A stretch of DNA of 13,090 nt from the IMG/VR virus record IMGVR_UViG_3300029504_000072; one strand, 5' to 3'. The notes under the pieces are model-generated. The model was not told the origin of the DNA. It saw nothing but the letters and a program-made list of their open reading frames with translations, and searched no databases. The stretch comes from a virus. Taxonomy: Duplodnaviria > Heunggongvirae > Uroviricota > Caudoviricetes. The translations under genes were made by a program, and so were the position numbers. This document shows positions 1-8,978 of the stretch, piece by piece. How positions within the stretch are numbered: the first letter of the stretch is position 1; each line of letters opens with the position of its first letter.

Positions 1-89
1 AGCTGATAGAAACAGAAGCCACTGGAGCACCTCAAAAACACCATCATACACTAAATCAGTAAGTTGGCAGCATCACCCGAACAGCGTTC

Positions 90-1184
90 ATGCGTTCAAC
101 TGGTACGACAGATATTCGGGAAGCCCGAGTCATTCGTGACCGGATAATGTATGAGTTTTTCACCATCCGTGATCGACTGAAACCAAAGCCACAGGGAAAT
201 TGTGTTGATCGCGTATTGAAAGAACTACGTCAGGTTGACCAATACGTCACCCAGAATGTGGGGATCGACTTCGCCACGGCTCGCGTGTGTCCTTCTCTTG
301 TCCAACTACGGGATGAATTCATTGTCCAACACAGTGACAGGCGCAAGCTGTCTACTTTGAGCAAGTACATCAAGGCCGTAGAGGTGTTCACGGCACATTT
401 CAGGTGCAAGGATTTCCGCCTGCACGAGATCAACAGAACGATGGTGACTGACTGGCTCGACAACGCAAAACTTGAACGGGCAACACAGACACTGGCAAAT
501 TATTTGGGCTGCTTGTCCCAACTGGTGGCGCTGGCCCAGAACCGCTACCACGATGCGCCAAAAGAGAACGTCTTCACAGCCCATAAGCTGGATGTGCGAC
601 ATGATCACGAGAGTTACGAGCCATTCAGCGGTGATGAACTGGCGCAGGTTGTGGATTTGCTTGATCAGGAGATGAAGGAAGTCGCGTTGGTGGGAATGTA
701 TACCGGGATGCAACTTAATGAAATCTGTTCGCTACAGATCGACAATATCAAAACGGTAGAGGGGGTTTGGTGTTTCGAAGTGACGGAAGGCAAGACGCGC
801 AATGCGGCCCGCCTGGTTCCCATTCATAGCAAGTTACGGACTCTCGTTAAACATCTTATCCAGAACAATCACAGCGGCTTCCTGTTCTACCATGCCAGTA
901 TAACTGAACGAGCAGACGGCAAGCGCTCTACATGGCACACACAGCGATTCACACGGGCTAAACGGAAGGCGCTAGGAGAGAAGGGGACAGAAAGAAAGGT
1001 ATTTCACAGCCTGCGGGGAATGTTTATCAGCCAGCTTGATCACGGTGGTGTCCCAGAAGACAGGATCGCATTGATCGTAGGTCACGAGAGAGGGAAAACT
1101 GAATCATTCCGCACCTATAGCCAAGGTGCCAGTATGAAGGAGTTAGCAACCTATGTTAATTTGGCAACCTACAAGAAAATTTAG
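90..1184 (+). CDS. Phage-type tyrosine integrase (site-specific recombinase)
   Basis: 364-aa ORF; upstream in-frame stop at 60-62. C-terminal box II HSLRGMF (H-x-x-R), then VGHERG...FRTY (His and terminal Tyr nucleophile). Box I region reads TGMQLNE, with Gln where the catalytic Arg normally sits. No clear Shine-Dalgarno before the ATG. Confidence 0.8.
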   Translation: MRSTGTTDIREARVIRDRIMYEFFTIRDRLKPKPQGNCVDRVLKELRQVDQYVTQNVGIDFATARVCPSLVQLRDEFIVQHSDRRKLSTLSKYIKAVEVFTAHFRCKDFRLHEINRTMVTDWLDNAKLERATQTLANYLGCLSQLVALAQNRYHDAPKENVFTAHKLDVRHDHESYEPFSGDELAQVVDLLDQEMKEVALVGMYTGMQLNEICSLQIDNIKTVEGVWCFEVTEGKTRNAARLVPIHSKLRTLVKHLIQNNHSGFLFYHASITERADGKRSTWHTQRFTRAKRKALGEKGTERKVFHSLRGMFISQLDHGGVPEDRIALIVGHERGKTESFRTYSQGASMKELATYVNLATYKKI

Positions 1185-1253
1185 GTGACAAAAAGCAATA
1201 AATAATTACAATTACGTTCAAAAAACCATCCAGGGAAAGTGAGTTAAAAACAA

Positions 1254-1490
1254 GTGATTAAAAAAATTATCATCATCATATTGTTAATTGTAGCGGGTCT
1301 TTGGGGCTATGGGGCAAGTATTGGTTACTCTCAAAACGATAAGGGAGTATCTTTATTCCAAGTTGCTTACACATATAACTCCCTGAATTTTATAAGTCAG
1401 TATGGATATATGTTTTTCATACGACAAAACCATCAATTAGTCGAAAGAGCTAAAGATTTAAATCGTGATTTTGAGCATAATACAAATTAA
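1254..1490 (+). CDS. Hypothetical small membrane protein (78 aa, GTG start)
   Basis: N-terminal hydrophobic helix KKIIIIILLIVAGLWGY; AT-rich; in tandem with the next ORF. Non-ATG start and weak RBS lower confidence. Confidence 0.35.
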   Translation: MIKKIIIIILLIVAGLWGYGASIGYSQNDKGVSLFQVAYTYNSLNFISQYGYMFFIRQNHQLVERAKDLNRDFEHNTN

Positions 1491-1505
1491 CCACTGGAGC
1501 CTTTA

Positions 1506-1778
1506 ATGAAAAAAATTATTTTCGTATCATTAATTTCATTTTCAGCCATTGCTTCATATGCTGATACACCTTACGCAGATGAGAAAGAAATGTCAGAAGA
1601 TGTATCTCTTTTAGCCCAGTCATCTCTATTATATAAGAGTAATGGTGAGAAAAGAATGTATGATAATACAAAGATGCTATGTATTGGCATCCAAGGAAAG
1701 TACGATCTAACAAATAACAGGACTGAAAACATGATCCGATGGATGGGAAAAGTTCAAAGTATCTGCTCTGATTATTAA
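1506..1778 (+). CDS. Hypothetical small secreted protein (90 aa) with Sec-type signal peptide
   Basis: GGAG at 1496-1499, 6 nt before the ATG. N-terminus MKKIIFVSLISFSAIASYA followed by a polar mature part with two Cys. No family recognised. Confidence 0.55.
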   Translation: MKKIIFVSLISFSAIASYADTPYADEKEMSEDVSLLAQSSLLYKSNGEKRMYDNTKMLCIGIQGKYDLTNNRTENMIRWMGKVQSICSDY

Positions 1779-1779
1779 T

Positions 1780-1809
1780 AAAAAAACCGGGCGGTTTTAC
1801 CCGTCCGGT
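1780..1809 (-). terminator. Intrinsic terminator-like hairpin, canonical for minus-strand transcripts
   Basis: 9-bp stem ACCGGGCGG / CCGTCCGGT (one G-U pair) with loop TTTTAC at 1786-1809. The A-run at 1780-1786 becomes a U-tract after the hairpin on the minus strand; on the plus strand the hairpin alone follows the 1506-1778 stop. Confidence 0.45.
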
Positions 1810-1909
1810 CAGATAGCATCTTTCAGTTTTTGCTGCATTGCGTAATGGTGTATAGCGGGTTCGAGGCCGACGCTGGCGACCTTGCTCAGAAATGTTGAGC
1901 GATGCACAC

Positions 1910-1913
1910 CTAA
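1910..1913. repeat. IS5 target-site duplication, left copy (CTAA)
   Basis: CTAA directly abuts the left IS5 terminal inverted repeat and is repeated at 3109-3112; IS5 makes 4-bp duplications at YTAR-like targets. Confidence 0.9.
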
Positions 1914-3108
<1,195 letters not shown>

Positions 3109-3112
3109 CTAA
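3109..3112. repeat. IS5 target-site duplication, right copy (CTAA)
   Basis: CTAA directly after the right IS5 inverted repeat, matching 1910-1913. Confidence 0.9.
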
Positions 3113-3173
3113 CATTTTAAATGTTGGAATCGCAACGTAGTTATTATCATATAACAGCTTGTTTCCTGATTTA

Positions 3174-3201
3174 GCCAGCCTCCCCAAAGGCTGGTTTTTT
3201 T
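3174..3201 (+). terminator. Rho-independent terminator (plus-strand orientation)
   Basis: Stem CCAGCC (3175-3180) / GGCTGG (3189-3194), 8-nt loop, then a T-run at 3195-3201. Lies between IS5 and the blc stop. Confidence 0.55.
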
Positions 3202-3229
3202 CTAATAAGTATCATTTCGGGTGGGGATT

Positions 3230-3754
3230 TTATTGTTTAACCCATAATAGTTCATTGACATTGAATCCCAACTTTTGAGCGGTACGCACATAGTCTGCTT
3301 TTACATTATCTGGAATAGTTTGGGTCCTTGCCAGAATCCATAGGTATTCTCTGTTCGGACCACTGACAAGAGCATACTTATACTCATCATCCAGCTTGAT
3401 TACATTATAGCCACCATAGAAGGGGCCAAAAAACGAAACTTTCAACGCTGCAGTTTTAGTATCTCCAGTAAAGTATGCTTTACCTTCGCTCTCGCTCCAT
3501 TTGTTTTTCGTTGGATCGTATCCACGGTTAAGTACGCGAATCCCTCCGTCGTTCCGTTTTTCATAAGTAGCGCTGACTTGTTCCAGACCACGTTCGAACC
3601 AGTTCTCGAGGCGAGCTATTTCATACCATTTTCCGAGGTAGCGGTTGGCGTCAAAATTTGTAATCGGCTGCACACCTTTAGGTGGTGTCGGGGCCTTACA
3701 TGCTATAAGAGTGAAAGAGAGTGCAATGCCAGTCAACACAGGCCATAACTTCAT
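3230..3754 (-). CDS. blc: Outer-membrane lipoprotein, bacterial lipocalin Blc family (divergent paralog)
   Basis: 174-aa ORF with lipoprotein signal and lipobox (MKLWPVLTGIALSFTLIAC); lipocalin motifs NFDANRYLGKWYEIARL and KVSFFGPFYGGYNVI...YLWILAR; roughly half of positions match E. coli Blc as I recall it. Confidence 0.85.
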   Translation of the reverse strand: MKLWPVLTGIALSFTLIACKAPTPPKGVQPITNFDANRYLGKWYEIARLENWFERGLEQVSATYEKRNDGGIRVLNRGYDPTKNKWSESEGKAYFTGDTKTAALKVSFFGPFYGGYNVIKLDDEYKYALVSGPNREYLWILARTQTIPDNVKADYVRTAQKLGFNVNELLWVKQ

Positions 3755-3946
3755 AATAAATCCTGTACTTTTGATAGTTGAGAGTAAGTATGAAAGATAG
3801 ATGAGTACGACCGATCACTTAAAGAACTTTCCTACTATATTAGGAATAGTCAATAACAGAAAAATTGTCAGTGATGAAGCCAGAAAGGCAATTTAGTCCG
3901 TGCACTACAAAGTTTATGTGTTAATGAATTAGTCAAGGGGGAGGAA

Positions 3947-4906
3947 ATGATAAAAAAACCTGTGATTGGGATCAGCGGTTGTTTGGGCGGTTCTGCTGTT
4001 CGTTTTGATGGTGGTCACAAAAGAGATGACTTTTTAATGGACAAATTAGTGGAATGGGTAACATTCAGACCAGTATGTCCGGAAATGGCTATAGGGCTGC
4101 CAGTTCCGCGTCCTGCTCTACGACTTGTGCGCTCGAAGCAAGGAAATATACGGATGTGTTTCAGCCACGACCAGAATGAGGATGTGACAGAGAGAATGAC
4201 AGAGTTTAGTCGTTCTTATATGGACAAATTAAAGGATGTATCGGGGTTTGTGGTTTGTGCTAAATCTCCCAGCTGTGGCATGGAGCGCGTGCGTGTCTAT
4301 GATGAAAATGGTAATCGAGGTCGTAAAGATGGAGTGGGACTATTTACGAGCACTTTGATGGAAAAGTTTTCCTGGCTACCGGTTGAAGAGGATGGGCGAT
4401 TACATGATCCAGTGCTTCGTGAGAATTTTATTGAAAGAGTTTTTGCTTTGCATGAGCTCAATCATCTTTACAAGGAGAAATTATCAAGAAGAGAGTTATT
4501 AGCTTTTCATAGTCGTTATAAGCTTCAGTTGTTGGCGCATAGCCAGGCAGGCTATAAAGATATGGGACCATTTGTGGCTGCAATACACGAGTGGGCGGAC
4601 CTTGAATCATACTTTGAGGTGTATCGTGATAATCTGATGGCGATTCTCAGAAAACCAGCATCACGTAAAAATCACACGAATGTGCTGATGCATATACAGG
4701 GGTATTTTAGTAATTACTTAAGTACACGCCAGCGTAAAGAGTTGAGCGAGGTTATACTTAACTATCGCTTTGGCACATTGCCTCTTCTTGCGCCGTTGAC
4801 TCTGCTGAAGCATTATCTGGGTGAGTATCCTAATGATTACTTGCTTACACAGAATTACTTCGATCCCTATCCGGAAGAACTGGCTCTAAGACTGATGGTG
4901 AATTAA
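3947..4906 (+). CDS. DUF523/DUF1722 two-domain protein (TudS-like Fe-S domain fused to YbgA-like domain)
   Basis: 319-aa ORF; strong RBS GGGGGAGGAA before the ATG. N-terminal motifs GISGCLGG...VRFDGGHK, VCPE and SPSCG match the Cys-containing DUF523 signature; the C-terminal half resembles YbgA-type DUF1722. Confidence 0.75.
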   Translation: MIKKPVIGISGCLGGSAVRFDGGHKRDDFLMDKLVEWVTFRPVCPEMAIGLPVPRPALRLVRSKQGNIRMCFSHDQNEDVTERMTEFSRSYMDKLKDVSGFVVCAKSPSCGMERVRVYDENGNRGRKDGVGLFTSTLMEKFSWLPVEEDGRLHDPVLRENFIERVFALHELNHLYKEKLSRRELLAFHSRYKLQLLAHSQAGYKDMGPFVAAIHEWADLESYFEVYRDNLMAILRKPASRKNHTNVLMHIQGYFSNYLSTRQRKELSEVILNYRFGTLPLLAPLTLLKHYLGEYPNDYLLTQNYFDPYPEELALRLMVN

Positions 4907-5312
4907 CTGTATGCGATATCATCTGAAAGTGATGAGTTCCTGTATGCAGGATATTTACAATCGTAAAAACTACGCTATGATGCTCATAGTGTCAGTTTTT
5001 ATAAAAATCCTGTTCACGCTAAAGAAAACATTGAGATGCAATTTAATGTTGGTAAACATACCAGCCCCAAACGATTTTATTCAATCTGTTTTTATATGAA
5101 GATATTTCAAGTGAATATTAAGAGTATATAATATTATTATTGCACGCAGCTATTATAATATAACAGATTAGTTTAATGATTTGTTTTTTGTGAGTTAAAC
5201 ACATGGTTTTATAGTTGTGATGCAATGAGATTTTCCTTATTGTTGAACTGGCGAATATTGATTTTCCACCTATACTTACCTGGTGTAACCCCAATGATAT
5301 CAGGTGGATAAT

Positions 5313-6026
5313 ATGCCATACATATGTTCTATCATTTTGGTGTTGAACTCGTTTGGTGTCCGAATTGGTAAAGAAGATATTTTGTTTAAAAAAGGAAATG
5401 CTGTCCTCATTGAATACAATTTAAAAGATCTTTTTTCGTCAAATACAGATCATCTAATGATCGTAGATGTTGAGGAGAAAACAGTTAATGATTTCTTTAA
5501 AAACTACACACTCTCACCTTTTTCTGTAAGAAGGTTTTATCCGTCATACTTGATAGTAGAATGTGAAGATTTTTCATTGTTAAGGAACTTGGTTGCATGC
5601 TTGAATTGTGATAGCAAAACCGTGGATGTAGTTAGAAATCAAATATCACTTGCATGTCTTGCTGTCTTATCTTCAGAGAAAATAGTGCAAAGTTTTTTGT
5701 TCGGAAGTCTTAATAGCTTAGGTTGTAAAGTTAAGGCTATTATTCACTCGGATATCTCAGCGTCATGGAGACTTTGTGATATATCTTCAAGATTATATAT
5801 GAGCGAGAGTTTGTTAAAAAGAAAATTAAAAGACGAAGGATTATCGTTTAGTAAATTAATTCTTGAAGAACGAATGATGATGGCGCAAAGATTATTGATC
5901 TACAGTAACCATACTGTCGGCAAGGTGGCGGGAATATGCGGGTATGACAATGCATCATATTTTGTAAGTGTTTTTAGAGGATATTTTGGTGTGCCTCCGC
6001 ACCAATATTTATCAAGATTTTCTTAG
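5313..6026 (+). CDS. AraC/XylS-family transcriptional regulator, AppY-like
   Basis: C-terminal AraC HTH (LLKRKLKDEGLSFSKLILEERMMMAQRLL...KVAGICGYDNASYFVSVFRGYFGVPPHQY); N-terminus MPYICSIILVL resembles AppY-type regulators. I place the start at ATG 5313 (RBS AGGTGG at 5302-5307) rather than the track's GTG 5304. AT-rich gene and upstream region. Confidence 0.8.
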   Translation: MPYICSIILVLNSFGVRIGKEDILFKKGNAVLIEYNLKDLFSSNTDHLMIVDVEEKTVNDFFKNYTLSPFSVRRFYPSYLIVECEDFSLLRNLVACLNCDSKTVDVVRNQISLACLAVLSSEKIVQSFLFGSLNSLGCKVKAIIHSDISASWRLCDISSRLYMSESLLKRKLKDEGLSFSKLILEERMMMAQRLLIYSNHTVGKVAGICGYDNASYFVSVFRGYFGVPPHQYLSRFS

Positions 6027-6094
6027 AAGATATGATGTGATGGCATTTTATAAAGTTATTTTTTGAAGTGTAAGATTATACGATATTTTTAGCT

Positions 6095-6126
6095 ACGCCA
6101 GAATAATTGCTGGCGTTTTTCTTTTT
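6095..6126 (+). terminator. Rho-independent terminator downstream of the AraC gene, upstream of the holin (possible tR'-like)
   Basis: Perfect 7-bp stem ACGCCAG / CTGGCGT (6095-6101, 6110-6116), 8-nt loop, then TTTTCTTTTT at 6117-6126. Confidence 0.65.
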
Positions 6127-6216
6127 GAATAGATGTTCGGGCCTTACGCTAATGTAACTTCTTTCCTTCTTCGAACCAAACCGTGTACACCATCCGTTAT
6201 CTGCGGAGGTGAGGCT

Positions 6217-6432
6217 ATGAAATCCATGGATAAGTTAACAACGGGCATCGCCTACAGCACCTCTGCAGGCAGTGCTGGCTACTGGTTTTTACAGTTGCTC
6301 GATAAAGTCACACCCTCACAGTGGGCGGCAATAGGTGTATTGGGTAGTCTGGTATTTGGCATGCTGACGTATCTGACAAACCTTTATTTCAAGATTAAAG
6401 AAGACAGGCGTAAGGCTGCGAGAGGAGAGTAA
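6217..6432 (+). CDS. Class II holin (phage 21 S-type pinholin) with dual-start motif
   Basis: 71-aa product [31 protein letters not shown]...[13 protein letters not shown]; two TM segments and a charged C-terminus; Met1 and Met4 starts (antiholin/holin); RBS GGAGGTGAGG at 6205-6214. The track's 99-aa ORF from 6133 carries an N-terminal extension with no RBS. Confidence 0.85.
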   Translation: MKSMDKLTTGIAYSTSAGSAGYWFLQLLDKVTPSQWAAIGVLGSLVFGMLTYLTNLYFKIKEDRRKAARGE

Positions 6433-6436
6433 GACA

Positions 6437-6655
6437 ATGACTAAAAACTATGAACTGATTGTGAAAGGGACCCGCAATTTTGAGAATAAAGTTACGGTAA
6501 TCTTAACGTTACAGGACAAAGAACGTTTTGCCGGTGAAATTTTTGATCTGAACATCAACCTTGAGCGACTTGAAGGAGCTGGTTTGGATTATTATGAAGT
6601 TACTGCGGTAAAACATGCCAAACAGTTCTTGAGAGATTTGGCTGAAAAAATATAA
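6437..6655 (+). CDS. Hypothetical 72-aa protein between holin and endolysin (positional equivalent of Qin ydfR)
   Basis: RBS AGGAG at 6423-6427; soluble, no TM. Occupies the slot where Qin-like prophages carry a small gene between S and R; homology not verifiable here. Confidence 0.5.
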   Translation: MTKNYELIVKGTRNFENKVTVILTLQDKERFAGEIFDLNINLERLEGAGLDYYEVTAVKHAKQFLRDLAEKI

Positions 6656-6673
6656 AGCGGCATTACTGCCGCT
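6656..6673. terminator. Bidirectional hairpin between convergent small genes
   Basis: Perfect 7-bp stem AGCGGCA / TGCCGCT with 4-nt loop TTAC, starting 1 nt after the 6437-6655 stop. The A-rich plus-strand flank at 6644-6655 gives a U-tract for the minus-strand transcript. Confidence 0.5.
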
Positions 6674-6766
6674 TAGAAATTATTCAATGTCTGGTAGCTT
6701 ATCAAAGATTTCGGATACTCTTATATTTGTCATATAAGCAAATTGAGATTCTGCCAGCTCTTTGGG

Positions 6767-6976
6767 TTATTTTCCCGCTTTTTCTGAGCCAAAAATTGTT
6801 TCTAAAGCCAGCATGTTATATTTGAGAACCTCTTCTCGAGTTTTACCTGATAATTTTGCGGTAACAGCAATATAAAAAGGCAACACTTTATCCAGAAGGT
6901 CGTTGTGTTTTGTCAGTTGTGGTAATACCACATCAAGTTGCTTACTGATTGGTTTGAATGGATCTATACCGTTCAT
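6767..6976 (-). CDS. Hypothetical 69-aa protein, antisense to the lysis operon
   Basis: Minus-strand ORF MNGIDPFKPISKQLDVVLPQ...FGSEKAGK; AGGGA 8 nt upstream of its ATG (spacing long); ends at the shared hairpin. No family recognised. Confidence 0.45.
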   Translation of the reverse strand: MNGIDPFKPISKQLDVVLPQLTKHNDLLDKVLPFYIAVTAKLSGKTREEVLKYNMLALETIFGSEKAGK

Positions 6977-7080
6977 AGTTACATTCCCTTATCAGAGGTA
7001 ATCAGCCATCCCCCCTTTATTACACACGCCAGTATCCACCACTGACGGGCTGAGTGCTTAACATATCTAGAGATTAGAAA

Positions 7081-7099
7081 CTGATAAATCCTGATAAAT
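7081..7099. repeat. Tandem direct repeat CTGATAAAT(C)CTGATAAAT just upstream of the endolysin start
   Basis: CTGATAAAT at 7081-7089 and 7091-7099; a third copy of CTGATAA in inverted orientation (TTATCAG) at 6991-6997. All fall in the divergent intergenic region 6977-7103. Confidence 0.4.
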
Positions 7100-7103
7100 A
7101 TCC

Positions 7104-8131
<1,028 letters not shown>

Positions 8132-8314
8132 ATTAATATTAAATCGGATTATTTTTAGCGCTGAATGTGAAATTTAAATAAAAAGGACTCTTCCATGAGT
8201 CAAAATCCTTGAAATCTTAAGGGTAAGATAAAAGGTCATTAGACAGAATGACACGTTTTATTAATAAATAAAGCTATTGTTTCATTCGTGTGTTTTTCTT
8301 TACAAAAGTAATCC

Positions 8315-8391
8315 TTGCTATGGTTGGTTAATCATGCGTTAATGGTGTTCTGGTTTGTTACAAAATTATCTGAAGCAGTCATTGTTATAAT
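8315..8391 (+). promoter_or_regulatory. Candidate promoter region for the cold-shock gene
   Basis: cspA-like -35 TTGCTA (8315-8320) with 17-bp spacer to -10 GTTAAT (8338-8343), preceded by an AT-rich UP-like tract; alternatively an extended -10 TGTTATAAT at 8383-8391. Either gives a long (about 95-145 nt) 5' UTR. Confidence 0.35.
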
Positions 8392-8494
8392 TTTATTATT
8401 TGTACCTCTTGAGATTTCCTTGTTGGTTTTTCTCTCTGATATTTTTTTTCGGACCATTCTGCCCAAGGGCTAACTTCTTCAAAAGGTAATAATG

Positions 8495-8707
8495 ATGTCT
8501 AACAAAATGACTGGTTTAGTGAAATGGTTTAACCCTGAAAAAGGTTTTGGTTTCATCACGCCGAAAGATGGTAGCAAAGATGTGTTTGTCCATTTCTCAG
8601 CTATTCAGAGCAACGATTTCAAAACGTTAACTGAGAATCAGGAAGTAGAATTTGGTATTGAGAACGGACCTAAAGGCCCCGCGGCTGTTCATGTTGTGGC
8701 ACTTTGA
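8495..8707 (+). CDS. cspI: CspA-family cold-shock protein (CspI-like, 70 aa)
   Basis: Cold-shock domain with RNP1/RNP2 motifs ([16 protein letters not shown]); protein [20 protein letters not shown]...; RBS AAGG at 8483-8486. Start taken at the second ATG (8495), not the track's 8492. Synteny with rz, gnsB and terminase fits the Qin cspI context. Confidence 0.9.
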   Translation: MSNKMTGLVKWFNPEKGFGFITPKDGSKDVFVHFSAIQSNDFKTLTENQEVEFGIENGPKGPAAVHVVAL

Positions 8708-8906
8708 GGTAGAAAATATTACAAACCATATTCACTTTAGATGCCCGTGTTGCCATGGTTCTCAGTATAGAACATCATCTTTTGATGTTTCTGACAGGAA
8801 TCCTTTCGGGGCAAAATGTATCTTTTGTAAATCAATGATGATTACATTTGATAATATTTCACAATACTTAAATGTTAGCCGTCTGTCGTTAGATTTAAGA
8901 AAGTGA
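8691..8906 (+). CDS. Hypothetical Zn-ribbon small protein (Ogr/Delta-like Cys spacing), overlaps the cspI 3' end
   Basis: 71-aa ORF from ATG 8691 (17-nt overlap with cspI); four-Cys motif CPCC-x21-CIFC; followed directly by a strong terminator. No good RBS, so possibly translationally coupled or not a gene. Confidence 0.3.
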   Translation: MLWHFEVENITNHIHFRCPCCHGSQYRTSSFDVSDRNPFGAKCIFCKSMMITFDNISQYLNVSRLSLDLRK

Positions 8907-8913
8907 AAATGAA

Positions 8914-8934
8914 GGCTCCTTCGGGAGCTTTTTT
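8914..8934 (+). terminator. Rho-independent terminator with UUCG tetraloop
   Basis: Stem GGCTCC / GGAGCT (one G-U pair), loop TTCG, then a T-run through 8934. Confidence 0.7.
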
Positions 8935-8978
8935 GCTTAGTGTCTAGTCGATGGATACTCACATATTACGGTAACATT

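Noticed and set aside
1-89. Possible minus-strand ORF starting at ATG 47-45 and running off the 5' end of the window
   Set aside because: Only 15 codons visible, no RBS, cannot be evaluated; also looked here for a tRNA (typical integrase target) and found no tRNA-like structure.
230-713. Track ORFs 230-463(-), 306-713(-) and 472-675(+) inside the integrase gene
   Set aside because: Entirely nested in or antisense to a well-supported 364-aa integrase ORF; no RBS or recognisable motifs; typical shadow ORFs.
3230-3754. Possibility that blc marks a blaCMY/ampC-type resistance context
   Set aside because: No ampC or blaCMY, sugE or ISEcp1 sequences are present in the window; the blc-like gene is a divergent paralog within a prophage island.
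4911-5099. 62-aa ORF in the AT-rich leader upstream of the AraC gene
   Set aside because: No RBS, low-complexity AT-rich composition, and located in what looks like a promoter/leader region.
6133-6216. N-terminal 28-codon extension of the holin ORF (track start 6133)
   Set aside because: No RBS at 6133, whereas a strong GGAGGTGAGG precedes ATG 6217, and the product from 6217 matches the length and dual-start pattern of S21-type pinholins.
8235-8262. Weak hairpin GTCATT-AGACAG-AATGAC downstream of Rz
   Set aside because: AT-rich 6-bp stem with poor U-tract; too weak to call as a terminator without transcript data.
8652-8690. Upstream part of track ORF 8652-8906 ([13 protein letters not shown])
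   Set aside because: This portion lies fully inside cspI in another frame; only the segment from ATG 8691 onward is considered as a possible Zn-ribbon ORF, at low confidence.
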